Below, piece after piece: positions 1 through 10,192 of a stretch of 64,000 nt of DNA. Location of the stretch: NCBI GenBank assembly GCA_965215565.1, contig CBDCDZ010000004.1, forward strand, positions 2,112,001 to 2,176,000, in the 5' to 3' direction. Below the pieces are notes generated by a model, which saw only the letters and a list, made by a program, of their open reading frames with translations, had not been told where the DNA came from and made no database searches. How positions within the stretch are numbered: the first letter of the stretch is position 1; each line of letters starts with the position of its first letter. A program made the translations under genes and the position numbers. The DNA is from Trueperaceae bacterium. Its GTDB lineage: Bacteria; Deinococcota; Deinococci; Deinococcales; Trueperaceae.

Positions 1-1125
1 TCTGGGGGACTCGCAGTAGCCTAAGAGAGCCTCGAGCTTCTGCTGCTCGATTCGCTTGAATTCCTCGCTCGCTTCGCTGCCCGCCAACATCTGCCGCAGC
101 ATGACCACGTCCGCTAAACCGTAAGTCATAAAGGCGTTCGAGGGCAATCCGTCGCGTCCGGCGCGTCCGGTCTCTTGGTAATAGCCCTCTAAGCTCTTCG
201 GTAAGTCAAGGTGCGCGACAAAACGTACGTCCGGCTTGTCGATGCCCATCCCAAACGCCACCGTTGCGACCATCACGACGCCCTCTTCCAATAAAAAGCG
301 CTCTTGATGCCGCTGGCGCATCTCGCTCGTCAACCCTGCGTGATAGGGCAGCGCTTTGATGCCGCGCTTGCCGAGCCAATCGGCCGTCTTCTCCACGCTC
401 TTGCGCGACAAGCAGTAAACGATGCCCGCGTCGCTGAGATGCTCGCGCTTGTAAAAGTCCAAAAACTGCTGCTTGGCGTTGTTCTTGTCCACGACGGTGT
501 AGCGGATGTTTGGACGGTCAAACGATGAGACGAACTGCCGCGCCCTTGTGAGATGCAAACGCTCCACGATGTCGCGCCGCGTGACCTCATCCGCCGTAGC
601 AGTTAGCGCGAGGCGGGGAATATCCGGGTAACGTTCCGCTAGTAATGCCAACCCGCGATACTCCGGGCGGAAGTCGTGTCCCCACTGCGAGACGCAGTGC
701 GCTTCGTCGATGGCGAATAGGGCGATATGACTGCGCCCCAAGAGGTCTAAAAAGCGCGGCGTCAAAAGGCGTTCGGGCGCGACGTATAAGAGGTCAAGCT
801 CGCCGCGTAAAAGCTGATTTTCAACCGCGTAAGCGTCCGAAGAGGTGAGGCTCGAGTTCAAAAACGCCGCCTTAACGCCAAGTTGTAAGAGCGCGTCCAC
901 CTGGTCTTTCATCAGCGCGATGAGAGGTGACACGACAATACCCACGCCCCGCCGCACCTGTGAGGGAATCTGAAAACAGAGCGACTTACCGCCGCCCGTC
1001 GGCATCAAAACGAAGGCGTCCCCACCAGCCGCCACATGCTCGACAATCTCCGCTTGTGCGCCGCGAAAGGCGTTGTAGCCGTAGACGGATGAGAGGATGC
1101 GTTCGGCGCTGGAGAGCGTGGTCAT
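1..1125 (-). CDS. recQ: ATP-dependent DNA helicase RecQ (5' part; runs off the window start)
   Basis: Manual translation from ATG at 1125: [24 protein letters not shown]...[13 protein letters not shown]...[11 protein letters not shown]...[18 protein letters not shown]...[41 protein letters not shown], the canonical RecQ motifs. Missing from the ORF track because there is no stop in the window. Confidence 0.97.
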   Translation of the reverse strand, partial: MTTLSSAERILSSVYGYNAFRGAQAEIVEHVAAGGDAFVLMPTGGGKSLCFQIPSQVRRGVGIVVSPLIALMKDQVDALLQLGVKAAFLNSSLTSSDAYAVENQLLRGELDLLYVAPERLLTPRFLDLLGRSHIALFAIDEAHCVSQWGHDFRPEYRGLALLAERYPDIPRLALTATADEVTRRDIVERLHLTRARQFVSSFDRPNIRYTVVDKNNAKQQFLDFYKREHLSDAGIVYCLSRKSVEKTADWLGKRGIKALPYHAGLTSEMRQRHQERFLLEEGVVMVATVAFGMGIDKPDVRFVAHLDLPKSLEGYYQETGRAGRDGLPSNAFMTYGLADVVMLRQMLAGSEASEEFKRIEQQKLEALLGYCESPR

Positions 1126-1315
1126 AGGAGGTATTGTCTCACGTTGTTAGGGGCGAGGGCAAACGGATTCGTCACGTGGTTTGGCTCGAGATGGGAAGTG
1201 CAGACTCAGTCTATTAAAGCACTCTGGCTTTACCCTGAAACACGGAGCTGAACCCTAGAGAACTCAGCTTTGCACTTACTTTTACTTCGACCTCTTTAGG
1301 AGAGAACCGTGCAAC

Positions 1316-2728
1316 GTGAATAAACCTGCGGCTAACCCCAACCAAGTCTTCGACCCACAACACCGAGGGCTCACCATCGGCATCATTTTAGGCGTGACTA
1401 TCATCGCGTTTGAGGCTTTGGCGGTTGTCACCGTCGCGCCGCAAATCGCCGGGGCGCTAGACGGCATGGCGCTTTACGGCTGGATATTCAGCGCGTTTTT
1501 GCTCTCCTCGCTCTTGGGCATCACGGTAGGCGGGCAGCAAGCCGATAAAAGAGGTCCGGGGCTACCGCTTTTAGTAGGTATCGTCCTCTTCGGAACCGGG
1601 CTCCTCATCAGCGGTTTTGCGCCGACGATGCCGCTTCTCATCGCGGGTAGAGCGGTGCAAGGCTTGGGCAGCGGCGCACTCGTGACGTGTTTTTATCTCG
1701 CCATCAACCTCGCCTACGCCGACGCGCTCCGACCCCGGATGATGGCGCTGGTCTCGAGCGCCTGGGTCTTGCCCGGACTCTTAGGACCCACCGCCGCCGG
1801 CTTCGCCTCTGACCTCTTCGGCTGGCGCGTGGTCTTTTGGGGGATGGTGCCGCCCTTGGTATTGGTGGCACTGTTGACGGCTCGAGCCTTCCTAAAATTG
1901 GAGGGAAAAGGGCAGGGCACAGACCGCCTGCGCCCTGCGGCGAGTCTCGTCTTAGGTGCAGGACTTTTGATAAGTGGTTTAACACTCTCGACGCTCTGGC
2001 TTGCGAGCGTCATGGTCGTCGTCGGCGTGGTGTTCACCGTGCCTAGTTTGAAGGCGCTTCTGCCCGGCGGAACGTTGACGCTCAGCTCGAGCTTAGGCTC
2101 CGTCATCGCCGCGAGAGGTCTCATGTACGCCGCCTTCGTCGCCACCGAAGCGTTTTTAGTTCTCGCTCTAACAGACGTGCACGGGCTTTCGTCCTCGCTC
2201 ACGGGCGTCGCCATCGCGACGGGCGCGGTGAGTTGGACGGTGGGCTCGTGGCTCCAAGACTACTGGGACGAGCACTCGCCCGAAGGGGAGAAGGGCTCGA
2301 GGCGACGCTCACGCCTAGTCCTCGGCACGCTCCTCTTATCCGCTGGCATCGGCGTGCAACTCTTCGCCCTCTTCGTGAACGTCGTGCCGCTCCTCGTCAC
2401 CATCTCGGGCTGGCTGCTCTGCGGGCTCGGGATGGGCGTATCGCACTCCACGAGTTCGGTCTTAGCCTTTGCGTTCGCGCCCGAGGGGGAGGAGGGCGCG
2501 GTGTCGGCGTCCTTGCAGATTGCCGACCAGTTCACCTCGGCGCTGAGTACCGGGGTGGGTGGGGCGGTGCTCGCATTCGCAGTAGGGGTTCAGTGGGGGC
2601 AGCAGCTTGGGATTGCGGTGATTTTTGGGGTGAATTTGCTGCTTGTGGTGGGGGCGGTGGTGGCGGCGTACCGGGTGGGTGGAGGGCGTGGGGTGAGTGC
2701 TGGTTCATCGGAACGCGCGACGACTTAG
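1316..2728 (+). CDS. MFS transporter (14-TM, DHA2-like)
   Basis: 470 aa, many hydrophobic helices, motif-A-like GGQQADKRGP, GRAVQGLG. Confidence 0.9.
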   Translation: MNKPAANPNQVFDPQHRGLTIGIILGVTIIAFEALAVVTVAPQIAGALDGMALYGWIFSAFLLSSLLGITVGGQQADKRGPGLPLLVGIVLFGTGLLISGFAPTMPLLIAGRAVQGLGSGALVTCFYLAINLAYADALRPRMMALVSSAWVLPGLLGPTAAGFASDLFGWRVVFWGMVPPLVLVALLTARAFLKLEGKGQGTDRLRPAASLVLGAGLLISGLTLSTLWLASVMVVVGVVFTVPSLKALLPGGTLTLSSSLGSVIAARGLMYAAFVATEAFLVLALTDVHGLSSSLTGVAIATGAVSWTVGSWLQDYWDEHSPEGEKGSRRRSRLVLGTLLLSAGIGVQLFALFVNVVPLLVTISGWLLCGLGMGVSHSTSSVLAFAFAPEGEEGAVSASLQIADQFTSALSTGVGGAVLAFAVGVQWGQQLGIAVIFGVNLLLVVGAVVAAYRVGGGRGVSAGSSERATT

Positions 2729-3263
2729 GCTGAAGGTGGGCGCTCGAGCCTAAGGGGGGTGTACCCCGTTCCAGAATAGCCCAAGAGGTTTTCTAACAAA
2801 TCTTTAGTAAGGATAAATGTACAAGAACTCACCCTGTTATTGGGATGAGTCCCTGTCTCGAGCTTCAGCATAAAGCTACCAGTGGTATCGGTCAATCCTT
2901 GAGCACGTTTCGCTCGAGCCGCTATACTACCCTTTTATGACTCTATAGAAAGGAATCTAAAAGATTATGTGGACCTTTAACCGCTCCGAACTGCAATCTC
3001 ACCTAGACGAAGGTCATATCCGCGAAGTCATTCATCCGAGTGGCACGCTCAAGCTGTACAACTACACGGCTAAGTGCCAATACGACAACGTATGGACACC
3101 TGTAACTAAGGCGTGCCGAGGTCTGATTGTAAGCAGTGAAGATACTGTTATCGCTCGTCCCTTTCCTAAGTTCTTTAACCTCGAGCAGCACGATCCCAAA
3201 GACCTCCCGAACGAGCCTTTCAAAGTCTTCGACAAGTTGGACGGTTCCCTCGGCGGTAGTGGC

Positions 3264-3750
3264 TCACCTCAGACTGCCAACCTTAACCTCCAGGTTGTAG
3301 CTAACGAGGAACATATGCAGGCAGATAAGGTGCATGTGCTGGGCTTTAGAGAAGGACAAGGTCTTTCTGACAAAGCGGGCGAGGCGCTGACGAATTGTGT
3401 TGTTGAAACGTTCAACGTGAGCCGTAAGTCCAGTTTCTTTGCCGACAGCCTGATGTTGCTCGTCGGGGATAACAGCTTGATAAGCTTCCCAAAAGTCACT
3501 GAAGACGAGACCTTTTTTGTAGGCGTTAGGTACGTTGCCCCAAAGCTTCTTGCACGTAGCGCTACCGCGTCCTCCTATGACGCAAGCAACGACTTGCCTG
3601 GTCTGTTTGCAAAGAGCCAGCCATATCCAGAGCTTTTTAGCTTTGCAGCTTACAAACGACCACATTTCGTCGAGTTCAAGCTCTACAGCTCCAGGTACTT
3701 TAGGAGCTATGAGTGTATCGCTAAGGGGAGGCGTTATCTTGGCTTTTTTT
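3264..3750 (-). CDS. insB: IS1 InsB DDE transposase domain (fused to InsA by -1 frameshift)
   Basis: ELDEMWSFV..WIWLA..FSDFWEAY..HVERFNNTIRQRLARFVRKTLSFSK. An A7 slippery run (plus-strand T7 at 3744-3750) lies in the insA/insB overlap. The TGA stop is inside the terminal IR. Confidence 0.92.
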
Positions 3751-3996
3751 GAGCCAGGCGTCCAGTGTGTTACGTGATATCCCAAACGTTCTAGCGACAC
3801 CGCGCATACTAGAGCGCTCTTGATAAGCTTTAAGAATCTCTTCCTTTCTCTCTTTACTGTAGCCGTAATTTGGGTTCTCTAAACTCGCTCGGTTGCATTC
3901 CTTACAGTGGTAGCGCTGTTTGCCATTAGGGGCTTTGCCGTTCTTCTTTACGTTCTCGCTGCCGCAGTGATAACACTGTACTGTCTGAGTAACCAT
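3721..3996 (-). CDS. insA: IS1 InsA (zinc ribbon + HTH)
   Basis: CYHCGS..KNG..GKQRYHCKEC zinc ribbon followed by SMRGVARTFGISRNTLDAWLKK HTH. Confidence 0.92.
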   Translation of the reverse strand: MVTQTVQCYHCGSENVKKNGKAPNGKQRYHCKECNRASLENPNYGYSKERKEEILKAYQERSSMRGVARTFGISRNTLDAWLKKSQDNASP

Positions 3997-4834
3997 CCCT
4001 TAGCTTAGCAGTTCGTGTTGAGCCACTACCCCCTCGGCGTGCTCTACAAGCATGAAGGCGTTCCATATCTCGCTACGCGCGGCTCATTCACCAGCCCTCA
4101 AGCGGAAATTGGTACGCAGATGCTTAGGGAGCATCTGAAAGGCGCTGACCCTTTTGATGACGTGCTCACCTACCTCTTTGAAATCATCTATCCTGAAAAC
4201 CGCATCGTGGTGGACTACGGCGCAGAGCGCAACCTCGTCTTGCTCGCGGTACGTGAAACAGCAACAGGGCGCGAATTTAATCTCGGTGACTTCGCTCATT
4301 TGGGGTTTCCGCTCGCTAAGCACTTCGAGGACATAAACGATTATCAGGCGCTTCGCAACATGCAGCGCGATGATGCGGAGGGGTTCGTCGTCCTCTTTGA
4401 GAGCGGGCTTAGGGTCAAGGTCAAGTTGGAGGAGTACGTGCGACTTCACCGCTTGGTCACGGGTCTCAATCCGAAACACATTTGGGAGATACTCAAAGAG
4501 GGAGAGTCGCTCGATGCGACGTTGGAGCGCGTTCCCGATGAGTTCTACACGTGGGTCAAAGCGGTTGAGGGAAATTTGAGAGCGCAGTACGAGGAGATTG
4601 AAAGGGTGGCTCGAGAAGAATACTGTGACGATTTCGCCTCACGCAAAGAGGCTGCCGCATATTTCAAAACCCGCACCTATCCGGGTATTCTCTTCAGGAT
4701 GATGGACGATAAACCTTACGACGAGGCGATTTGGAAGCTCATCAAACCGAAAGGTGACGAAACCTTCAAGGTGGATGAGGTCTAACCCCACCCCGCATGA
4801 CAGATTTTTCACACCTCACCTCGTACACTAAGGT

Positions 4835-5992
4835 ATGTTCAAAAACTCCTACACCCTCCCCTTCAAACTCCTGGGCATCCCCCTCCGCCTAGACATCTCC
4901 TTTTTGTTCATCCTGGCGCTCTTCACCTGGATCGTCGGTATTCAGGTGGAAGCCTTCACGAACCTCTTCAACAATCTCTTGGGCACGTCTATCAATTTCA
5001 GCATGATTGGCGGCGGCGTGACCCCCTACTGGCTCGGCTTCCTCTCGACGCTGGGGCTCTTCGTGGGCGTGGCGATTCATGAACTTGGTCATGCAGTGGT
5101 GGCGCGGCGCTACGGCGTGGAGGTCAAAGACATCACGCTAATGTTTCTAGGCGGCGTCGTGCAGTTTAACGAGATGCCGCGTCAGCGCGGAGCGGAGGCG
5201 ATTGTCGGCATTGCAGGACCGATCACGAGCGTGCTCGTGGCGGGCGTGTCGTGGGTGCTCTTGCAGATTACACCGGGGAGCGCAGACTCGGTTCAGTTCG
5301 TCCTCGCCTTTCTAACTTTTCAAAACGTGTTTCTGGCGATTTTCAACCTCTTGCCCGCGCTGCCCTTAGACGGCGGGCGGGTGCTGCGCTCACTTCTCGC
5401 CTTGCGGATGCCGTACCTACGGGCGACGCAGATTTCAGCCAGCGTCAGCCGCTTCATCGCTATCCTATCAGGGATTTACGGGCTGCTCAACCTCAGCATC
5501 TTTTTAGTCATCATCGCCTTTTTTATCTACAGCGCGGTGCGGAGTGAGACACAGTACGCGCAAGTCTTCGAGCTGCTTTCAGGTATCCGCGTGCGCGACC
5601 TCATGACCAGAGATGTGGTCTCGGTCGAGCCGGACATGCCTGTCGCGCAACTCATCAAGCTGATGTTTTTCAAGAAGCACCTGGGGTATCCGGTTTTGGA
5701 GGGTGGACAGCTTGTGGGGATGGTCAAGCTCCAACACGCGAGAGGCTTAGATGACGAGGCGACGGTGGGCGAAATCATGTCCAAAGAGGTCAACACGATT
5801 ACCGAGGACAAGGACGCTTTAGAAGCCTTTAAGCGCATTAACCAGAACGACCTCGGGCGGCTCGTGGTAGTGGACGAGGCGGGCAGGATGACCGGGCTTT
5901 TAAGCAAAACCGACCTCGTGCGCACCTTGCAAGTGCAGTCCGTCGGCAACGAGATTCCGAACGTGCCCTCTAACCCTCAGCCAGACGCTTGA
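4835..5992 (+). CDS. Site-2 protease (M50) with C-terminal CBS pair
   Basis: HELGH zinc motif, FNLLPALPLDGGR, two CBS domains. Confidence 0.93.
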   Translation: MFKNSYTLPFKLLGIPLRLDISFLFILALFTWIVGIQVEAFTNLFNNLLGTSINFSMIGGGVTPYWLGFLSTLGLFVGVAIHELGHAVVARRYGVEVKDITLMFLGGVVQFNEMPRQRGAEAIVGIAGPITSVLVAGVSWVLLQITPGSADSVQFVLAFLTFQNVFLAIFNLLPALPLDGGRVLRSLLALRMPYLRATQISASVSRFIAILSGIYGLLNLSIFLVIIAFFIYSAVRSETQYAQVFELLSGIRVRDLMTRDVVSVEPDMPVAQLIKLMFFKKHLGYPVLEGGQLVGMVKLQHARGLDDEATVGEIMSKEVNTITEDKDALEAFKRINQNDLGRLVVVDEAGRMTGLLSKTDLVRTLQVQSVGNEIPNVPSNPQPDA

Positions 5993-6147
5993 ACTAAACG
6001 ATTGACGAACGCGGGTAGCGCGAAGGCGGCGCGGTGAACTTCGGGCGTGTAGTAGCGCAGCTCGTCCGCAAAAGGTAACGCTCGAGCGTCCAAATCCTCT
6101 ACGGGATACAGCTTTTTAGAACCTAACGTAAACGACCACATCCCCAT
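5977..6147 (-). pseudogene. speE: 3' remnant of spermidine synthase (polyamine aminopropyltransferase)
   Basis: Manual translation MGMWSFTLGSKKLYPVEDLDARALPFADELRYYTPEVHRAAFALPAFVNRLVQASG* matches the SpeE C-terminal signature (G.WSF..GSK ... YY..E.H.AAF.LP.F). The N-terminal bulk is absent. Confidence 0.8.
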
Positions 6148-6243
6148 ATCTGACTAAAAACGCTCTTGGGGAGTAAACACACGTTGGCTCACACGTTACA
6201 GGATGATAGCTGCGTTTATTCAACTCAGTTTAGCGCGAACTAC
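6148..6243 (-). repeat. Degenerate, end-truncated copy of the ~110-bp MITE-like family
   Basis: atctgactaaaaacgctct..gtaaacac..ggatgatagctgcg..att..tcagt aligns by eye with the copy at 52021 but lacks the terminal TAGCARGTATC. Confidence 0.55.
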
Positions 6244-6385
6244 GCCACAACCTAGCTGCGTTTTCAAGTAAGCGTCAAACGCGAATCCTTATTAAAGCTC
6301 ATTTGAAAACCGCTGTCAACTTTCGGGGACACTCCACGGTCAGCTATCTAACCGTCTCTAGCGTCCTAGCCTGCCATACTAAAGC

Positions 6386-7507
6386 ATGTTGAGTTCTCTT
6401 TCGGGCATCTTGCTCACCGCAGTTGTTTTCATCATTATTATCACCGTGTCGGTGGTCATCCACGAGTTAGCGCACTACTTCAACGCGCGGAGCGTCGGCG
6501 TGCCTGTTCGCGCCTTTAGCGTCGGGATGGGTCCGATTGTCTGGCGTAAACAGTGGCGCGGGACGGAGTGGCGGCTCTCGCTCTTGCCCCTGGGCGGCTA
6601 CGTGGACCTCCAAGGGTTAGCGCCCGAGCAGGGCGAAGACGGCGAACTGTACTACCCGGACGAAGGGTTTATGCGGAAAAGCTTTTTACAGAAGTTCTGG
6701 GTCTTGATCGGCGGGGTGATCGCGAACTTTATCTTGGCGATTTTGCTGATTTCTATCGCAGTGACGGCTGCGCCCAACTCGAACTTTCGCTACATCATTG
6801 CGGGCGAAACACCGAAGAGTTGGGGGGTGGCGTTTCAGGAGGTCATGCCGGACTCGCCTGCTGAGAGGCTGGGCATCCAACCGGGCGACATTGTTCTCGC
6901 TATCAACGGGATACAAGACCCAAATACGGAGACGTTCCGCAACACGGTTCAAAGTGCTTCGGAGCTTTCGCTGGTGTTACAGCGTGGCAGCGAAGAGGTC
7001 ACGGTGCAGACGCCTTGGCCGCCCGAGGGCGCAGAGAGTCCTCTTCTCGGGGTGGGCTTAGCGCCGCTCGAGGTAGATACGCTCCCCGCACTCTCCTACG
7101 GCGAAGCGCTAACGGATACTACGGTCTTTCTCGCCCGCATCGTCCCCGAATCGGTTACGGGCATCGTCGGCGGCTTCGGCTCAGCGCTTTCGGGGCAGCG
7201 CAGCGAAAACGTCGCGGGTCCAGTGGGCATCGTCACGATGACGGGACAAGCGGCGCGTAGCGGGCTCATCCCGGTGCTCTTCTTCGCGGGCATCATCAAC
7301 TTCTCGCTCGCGCTCTTCAATGCGCTGCCTATTCCCGGTTTAGATGGTGGGCGCATCCTCTTATCGGGTATCGTCGCCTTGCGCGGCAAGCCCTTTAAGC
7401 CCGGTCAAGAGGAGTTCGTCAACTTCTTGGGCATCGCCTTTCTGATGTTCTTCGTCGTGCTCATCACCTTTGGCGAGGTAGGCGACCTCATCGGCATCGG
7501 TCAGTAG
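6386..7507 (+). CDS. rseP: RIP metalloprotease RseP (M50, PDZ)
   Basis: HELAH, FSVGMGP, LPLGGYV, PDZ domain, GPVGI, NALPIPGLDGGR. Confidence 0.92.
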   Translation: MLSSLSGILLTAVVFIIIITVSVVIHELAHYFNARSVGVPVRAFSVGMGPIVWRKQWRGTEWRLSLLPLGGYVDLQGLAPEQGEDGELYYPDEGFMRKSFLQKFWVLIGGVIANFILAILLISIAVTAAPNSNFRYIIAGETPKSWGVAFQEVMPDSPAERLGIQPGDIVLAINGIQDPNTETFRNTVQSASELSLVLQRGSEEVTVQTPWPPEGAESPLLGVGLAPLEVDTLPALSYGEALTDTTVFLARIVPESVTGIVGGFGSALSGQRSENVAGPVGIVTMTGQAARSGLIPVLFFAGIINFSLALFNALPIPGLDGGRILLSGIVALRGKPFKPGQEEFVNFLGIAFLMFFVVLITFGEVGDLIGIGQ

Positions 7508-7532
7508 ACCTTTAACTCATTTCAATAAAAGT

Positions 7533-7564
7533 GCGTCAGGTCAAGAGCCTGACGCTTTTCTTTG
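7533..7564 (+). terminator. Intrinsic terminator after rseP
   Basis: GCGTCAGG-tcaagag-CCTGACGC followed by TTTTCTTT. Confidence 0.8.
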
Positions 7565-7586
7565 CGAGAGCGGTTAGACTACGGAT

Positions 7587-8249
7587 ATGGCTTTTGACTC
7601 GCGCTCCTGCGGCGTCCTCATCCCCGCTTACAACGAAGCAGCGCGGCTGGGGCGCGTCGTCGAAACGGCGCTGAGCGCGAAACTTGGACCCGTTTTGGTG
7701 GTAGACGACGGCTCTACGGACGCCACCGCCGCCGTCGCTAAAGAAGCGGGGGCGCAGGTACTCAGGCTGCCTCACAACTTGGGCAAAGGTGGCGCGGTCT
7801 TCGAGGGCGCGAAGCGGCTACAAACGGACGTCGTCGTGATGATCGACGCCGACCTCACCGGCCTAGCTGAAACCCATCTATACGCGCTCGCCGAGCCTGT
7901 CTTGGAGGGCGACGTCGAGATGACGCGCGGCATCTTCGTCGGCGGGCGGTGGCGCACGACGACGGCGCAGCGCATCGCGCCGCAGCTCAACGGGCAGCGG
8001 GGCGTCGTGAGGGAGCAGCTTTTGGAGGTGACGGGTCTAAAGGGAAGCCGCTACGGTGTCGAAATCGCCATCACCAAGCACGCTAAAAGGTCGCGCTGGC
8101 GCACCGTCGACATCGCGATGCCGGGCGTGTCGCAAATCATGAAGGAGGAGAAGCGCGGCGTCGTGCCCGGCTTTATCGTCCGGCTGAGGATGTACCGAGA
8201 AATCTTAGGAACGTGGTTTCGCAGCCTGACGCGAGAAAATAGCAGGTGA
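7587..8249 (+). CDS. Glycosyltransferase family 2
   Basis: IPAYNEA, VVDDGSTD, NLGKGGA, DAD motif. Confidence 0.92.
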   Translation: MAFDSRSCGVLIPAYNEAARLGRVVETALSAKLGPVLVVDDGSTDATAAVAKEAGAQVLRLPHNLGKGGAVFEGAKRLQTDVVVMIDADLTGLAETHLYALAEPVLEGDVEMTRGIFVGGRWRTTTAQRIAPQLNGQRGVVREQLLEVTGLKGSRYGVEIAITKHAKRSRWRTVDIAMPGVSQIMKEEKRGVVPGFIVRLRMYREILGTWFRSLTRENSR

Positions 8250-8256
8250 CACCGCC

Positions 8257-9282
8257 CTAACGCACCACTAAAAACTCGTCAACCTGCTTGCGGGACGACT
8301 GAGCGACGAGCAGCGCGCCTGGCAGATGCCCTACGGCGATCATCATGATCACGGCTTCGGCGTCGGGAATATCGGCGGCGCGGCGCATGTTCGCGTCCGT
8401 GTCTCGCTTGACGCTCCAGTTGAGCATACATGTGCCTAGCCCGAGCGAGTGAAGCGCGTACACCAGCGACATAGCGAAAAGCCCCCCGTCCACCCAACAC
8501 TGGTTGCGCTCCCCTGTCATCATGAAATGCTGCATGTCGGACGTCACGACGAGAACTTTAGATATCTGCTCTCCCCAGCCCTGATTGCCCGGTTGAAAGC
8601 TGAGCACGCGCGCCTTGTCCTCCGGGCTGCTAAAGATGTACACTTTCGACGACTGACGGTTGCACACTGAGGGGGTCTTCTGAGCCATCTTGACCGCTTC
8701 CTCGATGAGACTGGTATCGACCTCTTCGCCCGAGAACTGGCGCACGCTGTAGCGGTTGGCGAAAAACGCTCGCAAGTCCTTTTGCGACGCCTCTAGTATC
8801 TGCTCCTTCGACACGTGCTTGACGCCACCGTGACCGATTTGTACACCCTCCTTGCGGGCAAGCTCGGTGAATTTGGCGCGAAACTTTTCCCGGTCAATGC
8901 CGTGTTGAACGTTGAATTCGTCGTGAGCTTTGAGCACGTTGAGGGCGACTCGAGCCGTTTCGTCCAAGCCGTAGCGGGCGGTGTACTTTTCGAGCATCCC
9001 GAGCAATTGGTGGGCTTTCTTTTCACCAAAGCCTGCTCTGGGCTGCGGGAGCGCGAGCCCCTTCTCGAGCGAGTGGTACGTCCTGACGATGTCCGCGCGA
9101 AACGCCGTCTGGCTGGGATAATTCTTCTTGATCATCGACCACCGGAAGAAGCGCTTGTAGTCGTAAAGAGAGTTGTTGGCGAGTTCTACCACGCGCCACG
9201 TTATGAGAAGGCCACGTTTGATAGGTCGCGGCACCGAGCGTCTAAGGGTTGAGCTTACAGAAGGTTTTGGGATAGTTGTCAT
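8257..9282 (-). CDS. Nitroreductase-family protein with N-terminal extension
   Basis: RYSVRQF, TPSVCNRQ, DGGLFAMSL..LGLGTC in the C-terminal half. Start is uncertain (9282 or 9330). Confidence 0.82.
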   Translation of the reverse strand: MTTIPKPSVSSTLRRSVPRPIKRGLLITWRVVELANNSLYDYKRFFRWSMIKKNYPSQTAFRADIVRTYHSLEKGLALPQPRAGFGEKKAHQLLGMLEKYTARYGLDETARVALNVLKAHDEFNVQHGIDREKFRAKFTELARKEGVQIGHGGVKHVSKEQILEASQKDLRAFFANRYSVRQFSGEEVDTSLIEEAVKMAQKTPSVCNRQSSKVYIFSSPEDKARVLSFQPGNQGWGEQISKVLVVTSDMQHFMMTGERNQCWVDGGLFAMSLVYALHSLGLGTCMLNWSVKRDTDANMRRAADIPDAEAVIMMIAVGHLPGALLVAQSSRKQVDEFLVVR

Positions 9283-9559
9283 AACCAGACAAAAGATACC
9301 ACAAGGACGCATAGCCTTCTGTAGATTCACTACCGAACTAAGCGCCTCACCGACGCAATCTTTGCCGTAGTCTTCGCCCAGCTCACCACCTCAAACGTGG
9401 CGGAATCCAAGCGGGTAATGCCGAAGCATTGTGGAGGACGGCGCGGCGCATTGTATAAAAGCACTCCCGCTAGTCCAACGTAACGGCGTTTTCGTGGGAA
9501 GAACACCCCTAGCACTCACAACCAGAGGTCATACTTTACGCATACAGGTAAACTCTTTT

Positions 9560-10183
9560 ATGCTTTCACTGCAACGCTTCACGGTTGGTCCCCTGCAAGA
9601 AAACTGCTATCTGCTTACTGACGACGAGACGAATAGTGCTATCCTCGTTGACCCCGGTGACGAAGCGCTTAAACTCGTCCGGGCCTTGGAGGGCTATACC
9701 CTGGAGGCGGTTTGGCTCACCCACGCGCACTTCGATCATGTAGGCGCGTTAGCCGAGCTGCAAGAGGTTTGCGGCGCGCCTACGTTTCTTCACCCCGACG
9801 ACGAACCTCTTTTAGCTAACGCAGCGGCTTCAGCGGCGCGTTTTGGTCTAGAGGTGCGGCAGCCCCAGGTCGCGTATACGCCGCTCGAGGACGCGCAAAT
9901 TCTCTCGTTTGGTGTTCAAGAGGTTCGCTGCCTCTTCACGCCCGGTCACGCGCCGGGGCACACTGCGTTTTACTTTCCGAGCGGAGGTGCCGTTCTAGCG
10001 GGTGACGCGCTCTTTAAGGGTGGAATCGGGCGCACGGACCTGCCCGGCGGCAACCCTGCGCAGCTTATAAAGAGCATCCGCACCCAACTCCTCACGCTGC
10101 CAGAAGAGACCGTCGTCTACCCCGGTCACGGACCAGAAACGACGATTGGGGACGAAACGAGGAGTAACCCGTTTTTAACTTGA
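9560..10183 (+). CDS. MBL-fold metallo-hydrolase (glyoxalase II/YcbL-like)
   Basis: THAHFDH, TPGHAPGH, GDALF..GRTD, PGHG. Confidence 0.93.
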   Translation: MLSLQRFTVGPLQENCYLLTDDETNSAILVDPGDEALKLVRALEGYTLEAVWLTHAHFDHVGALAELQEVCGAPTFLHPDDEPLLANAAASAARFGLEVRQPQVAYTPLEDAQILSFGVQEVRCLFTPGHAPGHTAFYFPSGGAVLAGDALFKGGIGRTDLPGGNPAQLIKSIRTQLLTLPEETVVYPGHGPETTIGDETRSNPFLT

Positions 10184-10192
10184 TCATGAGGT

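Larger units (their letters stand above)
3255..4030 (-). mobile_element. IS1-family insertion sequence, 776 bp, 8-bp TSD CCCTCGGC
   Basis: Ends GGTAGTGGCTCA (3255) and TGAGCCACTACC (4030) form a 12-bp perfect IR with an imperfect extension. CCCTCGGC is duplicated at 3247-3254 and 4031-4038. insA/insB ORFs lie inside. Confidence 0.96.
2967..4785 (+). pseudogene. T4 Rnl1-like ATP-dependent RNA ligase interrupted by IS1
   Basis: Joining 2967-3254 to 4039-4785 (removing the IS and one TSD copy) restores a 344-aa ORF: LYNYT..CRGLI..RPFPKFFN..KLDGSLG|VLY..ATRGSF..FEII..EGFV..RVKVK, the nucleotidyltransferase motifs of Rnl1-type ligases. Confidence 0.88.

Noticed and set aside
2967..3752. 261-aa ORF in the track
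   Set aside because: Chimera: 96 codons of RNA ligase reading on into the antisense strand of IS1.
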